A stretch of 64,000 nucleotides of DNA from Thermoanaerobaculia bacterium (GTDB lineage: Bacteria; Acidobacteriota; Thermoanaerobaculia; Gp7-AA8): contig DASYJF010000134.1 of the NCBI GenBank assembly GCA_035996815.1, positions 34,096-98,095 on the forward strand. Direction: 5' to 3'. A program made the position numbers and the translations under genes. Shown here piece after piece: positions 6,858 to 16,200 of the stretch. The notes below the pieces were generated by a model that did no database searches, was not told the DNA's origin, and was given only the letters and a program-made list of their open reading frames with translations. How positions within the stretch are numbered: the first letter of the stretch is position 1; every line of letters begins with the position of its first letter.

Positions 6858-8636
6858 ATGGCAAGAGAAAAGAATGGGAGTGGGGTGTGGGGTGTGGGGA
6901 GTGGGAGCATCCTTTTTGCTTTTTCTCCGACACCCCACTCCCTACTCCCCACTCCCCTCCTCGGCATCGCGTTCTTCGTCCTCGCACTGGCCTGCCGGTT
7001 CCTCAACGCGCCGTACGCGTTCGAGGGAGGCAGGCCGCGCATCGCGCCGGTGGACGAGCTGTATCACTGGAAGCGGATGGCGTACTCGGCGGCGCACTTT
7101 CCGCGCGTCCTGGAGCTCGATCGCGACCGCGGAGTCCGCGGCGCGTTTTGTCCATGGCCGCCGTTGTATGACGTGGCTGGCGGCGGCGCGGCGCGATTGC
7201 TCGGCGGCACAACCTCGGGCGAAGTCCTCGCGCGCATCATCTGGTTCCCGCCGATCCTCTTCGCGCTCTTCACCGGGATCGCTGTCTTCATCCTGGCCCG
7301 ACGGAGCGGGACGATGGTGGCGACGATTACCGGCATCGCGCTGGCGACGTCGCCATTTCTCGTGACTACGTCATGGATCGGCAGCATCGATCACCACTAC
7401 CTCGAGCCAGTGCTGACGTTCGCCATCGTCGGAGCGACGTGTCTCGGCATTCGCGCGGTGACACGGCGAGAAAAAATCCGCGCCGGCATTCTCCTCGGCA
7501 TCGCGATTACGGCGGCGATGTTCGTCCAGACCGCACTCCTGATCGCCGCCGCGCTCGCCTTCGCGGTGCTGTTCTTTGCGACGGACGGCATCGCAGCCGC
7601 TTGCGGCTTCAGCATCGCCGCGGTCGCGGTCGCGATCTACCGCCTCACCCGCGATTCCGGCTTTCCCGACAATCAATGGTTCCTCGGCTGGACCCACGCG
7701 ACGCTCTTCGCCGCCGCCGCAATTGCGTGCGCGATCGTCGCCACCCGACGTAGCGCCGGCGCGTGGCGGCGCGTCGTCGCGCTCCTCGCCGGTGGATTGA
7801 TCGCAATCGCGATCCCGACCGTCCGCGCATCGCTCTTCACCGGCTCGCACTTTCTCGGCGGCGACCGATGGCTGCGCACAATTCAGGAGTTCCAGCCGCT
7901 CTTGCGCGCGCGCGGCGACGATCTCTTATCCGACGCCGTCGGCCTCTCCGGCGGCGCGATCCTGGTCTGGTTCCTCGCAATCCGCGCAATCAAAACGCGC
8001 GACAGCGTCCGGCTCACGTTAGCCATCTTCGCGATCACCTACTTCGCGCTGACGATCACCAGCCGCCGCTTCTGGATCGTAGCCATCCCGCTGCTCGCCC
8101 TCGCCGGCGCGATGTACGTTCCGCTGATCGCGCGCAAGCGCCTGGCGATCGTCGCCGCACTTGTCATCGCGCTCCCTCCCCCGCTGCAACTTGCGGGATG
8201 GCTGATGACGCCGCAGTCGATCCCGCCGAATCAGCAGCAGTGGATTCGCGCAACGTCGTTCATCCGCACTCTCCCGCCCGGACGCGTCCTCGGACCGTGG
8301 TCGATGGGGCATTCCATCGACGTCGAAGGAAACCATCCCGTCATCCTCGACAACTTCGGCACGATGCCGGACGCCGCGACGTTCGAACGCGCGCAACAGG
8401 TGTTGCTGTCAACCGATGAGGCGACTCTCGCGCGCTACTGCGACGCGGCAAACGTCCGCTACCTGATCCTCGAACAGCCGCGCTTCGGAATCGCGTCCGC
8501 GAACGCCATCCTCGGCACACGACGAGCAGCGGAGTCGACATGGTGGTGGCGGGTCTGGCGGAGGGAGAATCGGGGAATGTTTCGCCTGATCTGGAGCGAG
8601 CCCGAGCTGAGAATTTACGAGCGACGCGGCCTTTGA
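6858..8636 (+). CDS. GT-C fold membrane glycosyltransferase-like protein (ArnT/PMT/STT3-like); start uncertain (6858 or downstream)
   Basis: About 12 predicted TM helices. A DE motif (APVDELYHW) sits in the first extracytoplasmic loop, followed by a C-terminal soluble domain. The ORF 5' end runs through the G-rich heptad repeat. Confidence 0.55.
   Translation: MAREKNGSGVWGVGSGSILFAFSPTPHSLLPTPLLGIAFFVLALACRFLNAPYAFEGGRPRIAPVDELYHWKRMAYSAAHFPRVLELDRDRGVRGAFCPWPPLYDVAGGGAARLLGGTTSGEVLARIIWFPPILFALFTGIAVFILARRSGTMVATITGIALATSPFLVTTSWIGSIDHHYLEPVLTFAIVGATCLGIRAVTRREKIRAGILLGIAITAAMFVQTALLIAAALAFAVLFFATDGIAAACGFSIAAVAVAIYRLTRDSGFPDNQWFLGWTHATLFAAAAIACAIVATRRSAGAWRRVVALLAGGLIAIAIPTVRASLFTGSHFLGGDRWLRTIQEFQPLLRARGDDLLSDAVGLSGGAILVWFLAIRAIKTRDSVRLTLAIFAITYFALTITSRRFWIVAIPLLALAGAMYVPLIARKRLAIVAALVIALPPPLQLAGWLMTPQSIPPNQQQWIRATSFIRTLPPGRVLGPWSMGHSIDVEGNHPVILDNFGTMPDAATFERAQQVLLSTDEATLARYCDAANVRYLILEQPRFGIASANAILGTRRAAESTWWWRVWRRENRGMFRLIWSEPELRIYERRGL
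6886..6958. repeat. G-rich heptad inverted-repeat element (GGGGAGT/GGGGTGT x4, 25-nt spacer, CCCCACT-type arm)
   Basis: Same family as 1-120. Lies between divergent protease and GT-C genes. Confidence 0.8.
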
Positions 8637-8663
8637 TGCTCGCTCGACTCCAGGCACATCTCG

Positions 8664-8818
8664 CGAAGCTTTGGAGTGCGGTGGCGACCGAGCCACCGCT
8701 TTGGGAGGGAGGGGGCCGGTGACCATCGCGTCGGTGCAAGCATCACACGCCGCGAATCGCCACGATTCCACCGCCCTCCCAAAGCGGTGGCCTTACCACC
8801 GCACTCCAAAGTGCTTCG
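8664..8818. repeat. 155-bp element with about 45-bp near-perfect inverted arms (MITE-like or structured RNA)
   Basis: gaagctttggagtgcggtgg...ccaccgctttgggaggg is mirrored by ccctcccaaagcggtgg...ccaccgcactccaaagtgcttc. Confidence 0.8.
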
Positions 8819-8862
8819 CACGAAATGAACGAGACATTTCCTATGGACGTACGTCCGTTCGT

Positions 8863-9028
8863 GTCGCGCGCGAAGGCGCGCTTGACAATCTCAGCCCCGC
8901 ACTCTGCGCGGCGTTTTGGTCGTGTCAACGAATGAGCGGCCGCCGCCGTGGCCGCACAACCAGGGCGGCATCGGTGACCCCACTCTGAGCGCGGGGCTAA
9001 GATTGTTCCCCGCGCCTTCGCGCGCGTA
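8863..9028. repeat. inverted pair of about 48-bp REP-like units (GAGCGCGGGGCT...ATTGTYC...CGCGCCTTCGCGCGCG), same family as 1007-1243
   Basis: 8863-8911 is the reverse complement of 8981-9028. Confidence 0.8.
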
Positions 9029-9065
9029 CGAACAGCGCAGTCTCGCCGCGGCAAAGCCACACACC

Positions 9066-10562
9066 ATGTTCGAAGAATTCACATCCGAGCCGATGAAGGC
9101 GCCCATTCTGGAACGATGGTTCGCGCCATCGGTCGCGCCATCGTTCGTCCGTGCGCGATGGATTTGGCTGCGCTGTCTAGGCGTCATCTTCTTCTCCGTT
9201 TTCTACTCGCTCTACTTTCAGATCCACGGCCTGATCGGTCCGCACGGGATCCTGCCGGCAGGGCAATATCTCGACGCGGTTCATCGCGCACTCGGACTGA
9301 AAGCCTACTGGTATGCACCGACGCTGCTCTGGTTCAGCACGAGCGATGCGATGCTCACCGCCATCGTCTGGATCGGGTTCGCGGCGTCGGTCGCGATCAT
9401 CATCAATATCTGGCCGCGCGTTTCGATCACCATCGCCGGCATCTGCTTCCTCTCGTTCGTCGGCGCGGCGCAGGAGTTCGCGGGATATCAATCGGACGGC
9501 ATGCTGCTCGAGGCGGCCCTGCTGTCGATCTTTCTCGCCCCGCGTGGCATTCGTCCGCGGATGGGCATCGATCAGCCGCCGTCGCGCGCGGCCGTCTTCC
9601 TGCTGCAGTGGGAGTGGTTCCGCATCTACTTCGAGTCGGGACTGGTCAAGCTGCTCAGCGGCGAGGAGCAGTGGCGCAACTTCACGGCGATGGACAAGTA
9701 CTACGAGAATGGTCCGCTGCCGTCGTGGATCGGCTGGTACGTGCAGCAGTGGCCGCATTCGTTCCACGCTTTCTCGGCCGGACTGACGCTCTTCGTCGAG
9801 TTGATTGTGGTCTGGCTCCTCTTCGCGCCGCGCAAGAACTCGCTCTGCCGGCTCATCGCATTCGTCATCGTCACGCCGCTGCAGATCGGCATCATCCTTA
9901 CCGCCAACTACGCCTTCCTCAACTACCTGGTGCTGTGCATCGCCATCCTCCTGCTCGACGACTCGATCCTGCGCGGTCCTCTTCCCACGCCGGCGAGCAG
10001 AAAGCCGTCGATCGCTGCCGCGGTGGTCCTGACGACGATCTTTCTCACCTCGATCGCCGCGTTTTTGGTGCCGTCGTTTCCGACCGTCACGCTTCTCGAT
10101 CCGTTCCGAGTCGCGAACCGTTACGGCCTCTTTGCTGTGATGACGCGCAGCCGCTACGAGATCGAGTTTCAGGGGACGCGCGACGGCACGACGTGGATCG
10201 CGTACCCGTTCCGCTACAAGCCACAGGACATTAAGAAAGCGCCCGGACTCTACGCGCCGTACCAGCCGCGATTCGAATGGAACCTCTGGTTCGCGTCGCT
10301 CGGATCGATTCAGGAAAACCAGTGGGTGCTGAACACGGAAGGGCGATTGCTGGAGAACTCAGCTCCCGTCCTGAAACTCTTCGCCGCGAATCCATTCGAA
10401 GGCAAGCCGCCGATCGCGGTGCGTGCGGTCGCGTATCAATACTGGTTCTCAACGACAGCGGAACGCGCCCGCACAGGCGCGTGGTGGCGGCGCGAGCTCC
10501 TCGGAGCGTACGCGCCGGCGGCGACACGGGATGAAGCGGGCGCGATTCGTTTCGGCGATTAG
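9066..10562 (+). CDS. lipase maturation factor (LMF1/DUF1222) family membrane protein
   Basis: Polytopic membrane protein with an N-terminal GLIGPHGILPA-type motif and a C-terminal RYGLFAVMT...FEWNLWF region reminiscent of LMF1. Start chosen at the ATG (MFEEF). Confidence 0.55.
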   Translation: MFEEFTSEPMKAPILERWFAPSVAPSFVRARWIWLRCLGVIFFSVFYSLYFQIHGLIGPHGILPAGQYLDAVHRALGLKAYWYAPTLLWFSTSDAMLTAIVWIGFAASVAIIINIWPRVSITIAGICFLSFVGAAQEFAGYQSDGMLLEAALLSIFLAPRGIRPRMGIDQPPSRAAVFLLQWEWFRIYFESGLVKLLSGEEQWRNFTAMDKYYENGPLPSWIGWYVQQWPHSFHAFSAGLTLFVELIVVWLLFAPRKNSLCRLIAFVIVTPLQIGIILTANYAFLNYLVLCIAILLLDDSILRGPLPTPASRKPSIAAAVVLTTIFLTSIAAFLVPSFPTVTLLDPFRVANRYGLFAVMTRSRYEIEFQGTRDGTTWIAYPFRYKPQDIKKAPGLYAPYQPRFEWNLWFASLGSIQENQWVLNTEGRLLENSAPVLKLFAANPFEGKPPIAVRAVAYQYWFSTTAERARTGAWWRRELLGAYAPAATRDEAGAIRFGD

Positions 10563-10582
10563 TACTTGTCATCATAAAGTCC

Positions 10583-11233
10583 TTGCCGTATCGTGCGGCC
10601 ATGTCGATCTTCGATCTCCTGTTTCTGGCCTCCATGCTCGGCGTGGCTATCGTCGTCGTGCGAGTGCTCTATCTCCTGATCCGCTCGCGGTGGCGCGCCG
10701 CGGGAAGGGCGGCGGCGTGGCTGCTGATGTTCGTCGCGGCGTACATGCTCGTGCTGGCCGGATTCTCGATCGCTGAGCCGCGGCAAGAGGTGGCGATCGG
10801 AACACCGCAGTGCTTCGACGACTGGTGCATCACCGTGGAAACGGCTTCGCGCCAGGACGCCATCGGTACGACGCGCGCAACCGGCACGTTCTGCATTGCA
10901 ACGGTACGCGTGAGCAGCCGCGCCAAAGGACGGCCGCAGCGCGAAACGGATGTTCGCGTTTATCTCCTCGATGATCGCGGACACCGCTTCGACGTTTCCT
11001 CCGCCGGCCGGCGGGCGCTGGAACAACACGGGTTGGCTGGCCTGCCGCTGACGTCGTTCGTCGACGCCGGAGGGTCGTTCGAAAGCCGCCTGGCGTTCGA
11101 CGTGCCGCGGGACGTCGGGCACCTGAACCTGGTCAAGACGAGCTGGGGCTGGTTCCCTTTCCGCCTGATCATCGGCGATCCACAAAGCTGGCTGCACAGG
11201 CCGACGGTCGTGCCGCTGCCGTTTCCGGGATAA
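10583..11233 (+). CDS. hypothetical membrane protein (2 TM plus Cys-containing periplasmic domain)
   Basis: ORF with typical codon usage and two N-terminal hydrophobic helices. No family recognised. Confidence 0.5.
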   Translation: MPYRAAMSIFDLLFLASMLGVAIVVVRVLYLLIRSRWRAAGRAAAWLLMFVAAYMLVLAGFSIAEPRQEVAIGTPQCFDDWCITVETASRQDAIGTTRATGTFCIATVRVSSRAKGRPQRETDVRVYLLDDRGHRFDVSSAGRRALEQHGLAGLPLTSFVDAGGSFESRLAFDVPRDVGHLNLVKTSWGWFPFRLIIGDPQSWLHRPTVVPLPFPG

Positions 11234-11278
11234 CGCGCTCCCGTCCGGCTGGCACGCGAGTAGCTATTGCTGAGCCGC

Positions 11279-11434
11279 ATGGGAAACTTACTTTGGATCA
11301 TCATCGTCGTTCTCGTCATCCTCTGGCTGGCCGGTTTCGCGATGCACATCGGAGGTGGACTCATCCACCTTCTGATCGTGATCGCGGTAATCGTGCTGAT
11401 CATCCAGCTCGTCACTGGCAGACGCGCACTCTGA
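11279..11434 (+). CDS. small hydrophobic membrane protein (51 aa, lmo0937/DUF5670-like)
   Basis: MGNLLWIIIVVLVILWLAGFAMHIGGGLIHLLIVIAVIVLIIQLVTGRRAL; two-helix mini-protein pattern. Confidence 0.5.
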   Translation: MGNLLWIIIVVLVILWLAGFAMHIGGGLIHLLIVIAVIVLIIQLVTGRRAL

Positions 11435-12250
11435 TCAGCGGCGCTTGAACGCGGCGACGAGCCGCTTCACGCGATCGGGATCGACGGGCGCTTCCACGCG
11501 TCCGTCGATTTTGATCGACGTCCCGACGATCGCCCCGTCGGCATCGGCGAAGCTTCCCGCGTTCGTTTCCGTCAGTCCGCTGCCGATGAGGATCGGTACG
11601 TCGCTGAGCGCCTCGCGCACACGCGCGAAGCTGCCTCGATCGGGCGCCGCTCCCGTTTCCGCGCCGCTGATGATGACCGCGTCGGCGAGTCCGCGATGCC
11701 GCAGATCCCTCGCCGCCTGCACCTCATCGATCGCGACGAGCGGCGCTGCGTGCTTGACCATGTGGTCCGCGAAGATCAGCACATCGGACGCAAGCGCCGC
11801 CCGCTTTCGCAGCGTTTCCGCCGCGCGTCCTTCGACGATCCCCTGATCGGTGAGCATCGCGCCGGTGTGGACGTTCACCCGAATGAATACCGCGCCAGTC
11901 GCCGCCGCGATGGCAATCGCTGACGCCGCATCGTTTCGCAGCACGTTCACACCAAACGCCATCCCAACCTCGGCCACGACTTCGACGATCACCCGCGTCA
12001 ACGCCGCCACCGTCTCCGCGGGGACGTGATCCTTGAGAAACGGACGATCGCCGAAGTTCTCGAACGCGATCGCATCGCAGCCGCCGTCGCGCAACGCACT
12101 CGCATCGCGAAGTGCAGCATCGACGATCACCTGCATCGATCCGCCATACATCGGCGCACCCGGAAGCGCAGCGATATGCACCATCCCGATGACGGCATTG
12201 CCACCGAAGCGGCGGCGGAAATCCTCGCGAGTCAGCATGCCGCGAACCAT
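11435..12250 (-). CDS. BtpA/SgcQ family TIM-barrel protein
   Basis: Family-typical length, Gly-rich N-terminus and conserved IGSG...T motif near the C-terminus. Confidence 0.75.
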   Translation of the reverse strand: MVRGMLTREDFRRRFGGNAVIGMVHIAALPGAPMYGGSMQVIVDAALRDASALRDGGCDAIAFENFGDRPFLKDHVPAETVAALTRVIVEVVAEVGMAFGVNVLRNDAASAIAIAAATGAVFIRVNVHTGAMLTDQGIVEGRAAETLRKRAALASDVLIFADHMVKHAAPLVAIDEVQAARDLRHRGLADAVIISGAETGAAPDRGSFARVREALSDVPILIGSGLTETNAGSFADADGAIVGTSIKIDGRVEAPVDPDRVKRLVAAFKRR

Positions 12251-12273
12251 ACTGTGATGAGCGCGGCACTGTC

Positions 12274-12322
12274 ATCCTGATCGACTAATCTACTCATCTA
12301 CTGATCCACTGATTTACTATCC
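12274..12322. repeat. ACTAATC-type heptad arm immediately upstream of the cysS ATG
   Basis: tcctgatcgactaatctactcatctactgatccactgatttactatcc; shares a 16-nt core with 4823-4860 upstream of msrA. Confidence 0.75.
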
Positions 12323-12329
12323 CCCGCGC

Positions 12330-13736
12330 ATGTCCGATCTCAAGTTGTTCAACACCCTCACGCGGGAGAAAGAGACGTTCGAGCCGCTCATCCCGGGCGA
12401 AGTGCGCATGTATTCGTGCGGGCCGACTGTCTACAACCACCTCCACATCGGCAACATGCGCACCTTTCTGTGGGGCGACGTGCTGCGGCGTTACCTCGAG
12501 TGGCGCGGCCTGCGCGTGAAGCAGGTCATGAACGTCACCGACGTCGAGGACAAGATCATCCGCAACGCCGCGGCGGCGGGACAGGATCTGCAGACCTACA
12601 CCGCGCCGTACATCGAGTCGTTTCATGCGTCGCTGGCCAAACTGCGCGTGCGCAAGGCCGATGCGTATCCGCGCGCCACCGAGTACATCCCGCAGATGGT
12701 GGCGCTGGTACAGCAGCTCAACGATCGTGGCCACACGTACAACGTCGATGGCTCGACGTACTTCAAAGTCTCCACGCTGGACGGCTACGGCAAACTCTCG
12801 CGCGTCGAGATCGACGAGACGAGCGAGTACAGCCGCATCGAGTCGGACGAGTACGAGAAAGAATCGGCGCGCGACTTCGTGCTCTGGAAAGCGAAGAAGA
12901 ACAACGAGCCGGCATGGATGACGCCGATCGGTGAAGGGCGTCCCGGATGGCACCTCGAGTGCTCCGCGATGTCGATGGACCTGCTCGGCGAGACCTTCGA
13001 CATCCACACCGGCGCGGTCGATCTCATCTTTCCGCATCACGAAAACGAGATCGCGCAGAGCGAAGGGGCCACCGGAAAGCCGTTCGTCCGCTACTGGATT
13101 CACGGCGAGCACCTCAACATCGATCAGCAGAAGATGTCGAAGTCGCTCGGCAACATCTATACGGTGCCGGAGATCGAGAGCATGGGCTACGACCTGCTCG
13201 CCCTCCGCTACGCGCTGCTGTCCGTCCCCTACCGCACGAAGCTGAACTTCACCACGCAGTCGCTCGACGATGCGAAGAACGCTCTGTCGCGCATCGAGTC
13301 GTTCCTCCTTCGCGTCGATGAAGTCTCACGCTCGGCCGCGCACGATGCGAAGCATTCGGACGGAGCAGCGGATCAGTTGATCGGCAAGTTCCTCACCGAT
13401 TTCGAAACGGCGATGGACGACGACCTCAACACCGCCGGCGCCCTCGGCGCGCTCTTCACGCTGATCCGCGAAGGCAACGTTGCGTTCGACGACGGCCGCA
13501 TTCTGGCGGGCGACGCCGAGGGGCTGAAGACGGCGCTGATGAAAATTGATCCGGTGCTAGATATTTTTCCGAAGCGCGAAGAGAGCAACGCCGAAATCGA
13601 CGCGTTGATCGACGCGCGCAACGCCGCGCGGAAGGCGCGCAACTTCGCGGAGAGCGATCGCCTGCGCGATGAGCTGGTGAGCCGCGGGATCGTGCTCGAA
13701 GACACGCCGGGTGGGACTCGGTGGAGAAAGGCTTGA
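12330..13736 (+). CDS. cysS: cysteine--tRNA ligase
   Basis: HIGN (HIGH) and KMSKS motifs and a CysRS-specific zinc-binding region. Confidence 0.95.
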   Translation: MSDLKLFNTLTREKETFEPLIPGEVRMYSCGPTVYNHLHIGNMRTFLWGDVLRRYLEWRGLRVKQVMNVTDVEDKIIRNAAAAGQDLQTYTAPYIESFHASLAKLRVRKADAYPRATEYIPQMVALVQQLNDRGHTYNVDGSTYFKVSTLDGYGKLSRVEIDETSEYSRIESDEYEKESARDFVLWKAKKNNEPAWMTPIGEGRPGWHLECSAMSMDLLGETFDIHTGAVDLIFPHHENEIAQSEGATGKPFVRYWIHGEHLNIDQQKMSKSLGNIYTVPEIESMGYDLLALRYALLSVPYRTKLNFTTQSLDDAKNALSRIESFLLRVDEVSRSAAHDAKHSDGAADQLIGKFLTDFETAMDDDLNTAGALGALFTLIREGNVAFDDGRILAGDAEGLKTALMKIDPVLDIFPKREESNAEIDALIDARNAARKARNFAESDRLRDELVSRGIVLEDTPGGTRWRKA

Positions 13737-13863
13737 AGTCTTGATGTCTAGATCCTGCGCGGAGACGCAGGATCTCCGGTGATACCGCGCTGGTTTTTCA
13801 TTCAACGTCATGGGCGGCGCCACCGGAGACCCTACGTTACGCGCAGGGTAGACTCCTAAGAAA

Positions 13864-14460
13864 ATGATCGGCTACCTCGAAGGCACGCTCAAACAACTCG
13901 ACGCCACGCGCGCGCTCGTCGTCGCCGGCGGCGTCGGGTACGAGGTGCATATCTCGCTGCAGACGTACTACAAGCTCGAAGGGCAGCGCGACGTCGCGCT
14001 CACGATTTACACGCATGTTCGCGAGGATGCGCTTTCGCTTTACGGATTCGCGTCGGGCGAGGAGAAGTTCGCGTTCGAGAGGTTGATCTCGATCTCGGGG
14101 ATCGGGCCGACGCTCGCCCAGAAAATCCTTTCGGGCATCGACCCGTCGGACCTCGCCGAGGCTGTGGCCAGGGGCGATGTGAGGAAGCTGTCGTCGATAC
14201 CCGGCGTCGGGAAAAAGACGGCCGACCGCATCGTCCTCGAGCTGCGCGACAAGCTGCTCATTCCGGAGTCGGCGCGGGAGCAGCCGGCGCCGTCGACGCG
14301 CACCTCCGTCGACGACGACGTCCACTCCGCCCTCATCAACCTCGGCTACCGGCCGAAGGATGCCGAGTCGGCGCTCGACATCGCGCGGAAAGAGCTCGGC
14401 AACGAAGCCGAGCTCTCCGCGCTGCTCAAGGCCGCGCTGCGGCAACTCACGCGGTCGTGA
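13864..14460 (+). CDS. ruvA: Holliday junction branch migration protein RuvA
   Basis: N-terminal OB fold (MIGYLEGTL), HhH motifs (ISGIGPTLAQKIL, IPGVGKKTADRIV) and a C-terminal RuvB-interaction domain. Confidence 0.9.
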   Translation: MIGYLEGTLKQLDATRALVVAGGVGYEVHISLQTYYKLEGQRDVALTIYTHVREDALSLYGFASGEEKFAFERLISISGIGPTLAQKILSGIDPSDLAEAVARGDVRKLSSIPGVGKKTADRIVLELRDKLLIPESAREQPAPSTRTSVDDDVHSALINLGYRPKDAESALDIARKELGNEAELSALLKAALRQLTRS

Positions 14461-14862
14461 CCACCGGCGTCCGTCGGCGCATGACGTTGTCGATGCTCCA
14501 GATTCCGGCACCGTGCGCGGCGATGAAAAGGAAGACGAAGCAGTAGAGCACCGCCAGTTCGCCTTTGTTTTCGAGCGGCCAGAAGCCGTGCGACGCGTGG
14601 TTCATAAAGTACGCGACCGCCATCTCGCCGCTGGCGATGAATGCCGCGATGCCGGTGAAAAGGCCGATGGCGATCAGCAGTCCGCCCACCAGCTCAATAC
14701 CTCCCCCGACTTTCATCAACGGTGGCAACGGGCCGGACATCCCGGGCGGCATCGGTGGCCATCCCAGGAGTTTTTGCGTTCCATGCATCGCGAACATCAG
14801 GCCTGCGACGATGCGCAACAGCGCGAACGTGTGGGCCGAAAAGCGTCCGATAACCTCGGGCA
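14447..14862 (-). CDS. DoxX family membrane protein
   Basis: Four-TM DoxX pattern. 3' end overlaps ruvA convergently. Confidence 0.75.
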
Positions 14863-14946
14863 TACTGCACCTCCGGAAGGGACGGCGTTCACGTCGCGCG
14901 CCAACCGGGCGCGACGATTGCTCCATGTTCTGTTCGGAGGTTCCAA

Positions 14947-15183
14947 ATGCTTCGCAAGATCATCGGCATCGTCGCCATCGTCTCTCTTTGCAGCGCCTGC
15001 GGCGGCGGAAAGCCCGCGGAAAGCACGGCCGAATCATCCGAAACGGTGAAATCAACGGCTACAGGAACCACAGCCACGGAGACCGGCGCGGGCGCGCCTG
15101 TGACAAACACCGCCGCGACGACGAGCAGCGTCACAACCGCCACCGCCGCATCAGGGACGAGCGGTTCAACCAGCACCCACTAA
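14947..15183 (+). CDS. small secreted Thr/Ser-rich protein (putative lipoprotein)
   Basis: Signal peptide with a Cys-containing lipobox-like LCSAC, then a low-complexity T/S/A-rich region. Confidence 0.4.
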   Translation: MLRKIIGIVAIVSLCSACGGGKPAESTAESSETVKSTATGTTATETGAGAPVTNTAATTSSVTTATAASGTSGSTSTH

Positions 15184-15193
15184 TCGATTTCCA

Positions 15194-16138
15194 ATGTCTC
15201 GCTTCCTCCCGATGCTTTGCTTGCTGGTGGCGGTTCGCGCCACGGCGGTGGACAACAGCAGTCTCCGTCTGCTCGATCGCGCCTGGCCGGATGTCGCCTC
15301 ACGGCAGGTGAGCCAGATTGGACGTGGCGTCGGCGTCGTCTTCAGTCCCGATCTCTCCGTCGCCGGCAACTGCCGTTTCTACGAGTCGCTCGGCTTCGCT
15401 TGTTTTCAGGATGCGGACTGGGAAACGATTCTCGACGACGTTCATCGCTACAACGCGCTTTATCCGGAGCGGCGCATCTTCACGCTGATCCTCGAAACGC
15501 ATGGTACCAACGGCAATGGACTGAAGCTGCAGACGAGCTACGACCCCGACGCGAGCCGCTCGTACATCTCCGCCGGTGGGCTGCAGCAGCGGCTGGAGCC
15601 GGAGGGGATTTACTACGTGATCATCAGTGCCTGTAACTCGGGGCGGCTGCTGCGTCCTGCGATTTACAACCAGCTCGATCCGAACAACGGCGACAAGCTT
15701 TTTCTCCCGGCGACCAAGGGGATCGTCAACGCATCGCCTGATTTCGTGGCGTCGCGCAGCGCGGTCATGATCATCACGCCGGAGTCGAGCCACATCGAGA
15801 CGACGCTGGTCGGGAAGATCGCTGAGCTCTCCCTTTCCTCCCGCCGGGCCATCACCGACTCCGCCAAATCGCTCGGCATCACGCCTCCAACCGAGTTTGC
15901 CGTGTCGGACATGATGACGGCCATGCTGACGCGCGACGCGCAACTGCAACTCAGCTCCGGCAGCTATGTCGATGAGCTTTCGCGCGCGGCCGCTCCCGTC
16001 GATCGCAGCGAGCAGCTCTTCACGAAATTCGTCCGCTACGTCAACGCTGTGGCCGCCAAGCAGTACCCGCCGGCAGCGAAAAAGAAGCCCGTGGTCGCGC
16101 GCAAAGCTCCGAAGAAAAAGTCTGCCGTCCGCCCGTGA
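15194..16138 (+). CDS. secreted hypothetical protein with clan-CD (caspase/legumain-like) His-Gly...Ala-Cys dyad and Lys-rich C-terminal tail
   Basis: Signal peptide. Hydrophobic strand plus HG (TLILETHGTNG) and, 44 residues later, hydrophobic strand plus ACxSG (YYVIISACNSG), as in C13/C14 peptidases. Confidence 0.55.
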   Translation: MSRFLPMLCLLVAVRATAVDNSSLRLLDRAWPDVASRQVSQIGRGVGVVFSPDLSVAGNCRFYESLGFACFQDADWETILDDVHRYNALYPERRIFTLILETHGTNGNGLKLQTSYDPDASRSYISAGGLQQRLEPEGIYYVIISACNSGRLLRPAIYNQLDPNNGDKLFLPATKGIVNASPDFVASRSAVMIITPESSHIETTLVGKIAELSLSSRRAITDSAKSLGITPPTEFAVSDMMTAMLTRDAQLQLSSGSYVDELSRAAAPVDRSEQLFTKFVRYVNAVAAKQYPPAAKKKPVVARKAPKKKSAVRP

Positions 16139-16200
16139 CGCTGGAGCACTTTGTGCACATCAGCCGCCCGTACCGTGACACGAAAGGAGAGATTCGAAAA

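Noticed and set aside
9116-10234. 372-aa and other long alternative-frame ORFs inside the LMF1-like, ClC (35517-36731), FadJ (20250-22319) and leuS (60922-62736) genes
   Set aside because: These are shadow ORFs in high-GC coding regions with Arg-rich, low-complexity products and no independent support.
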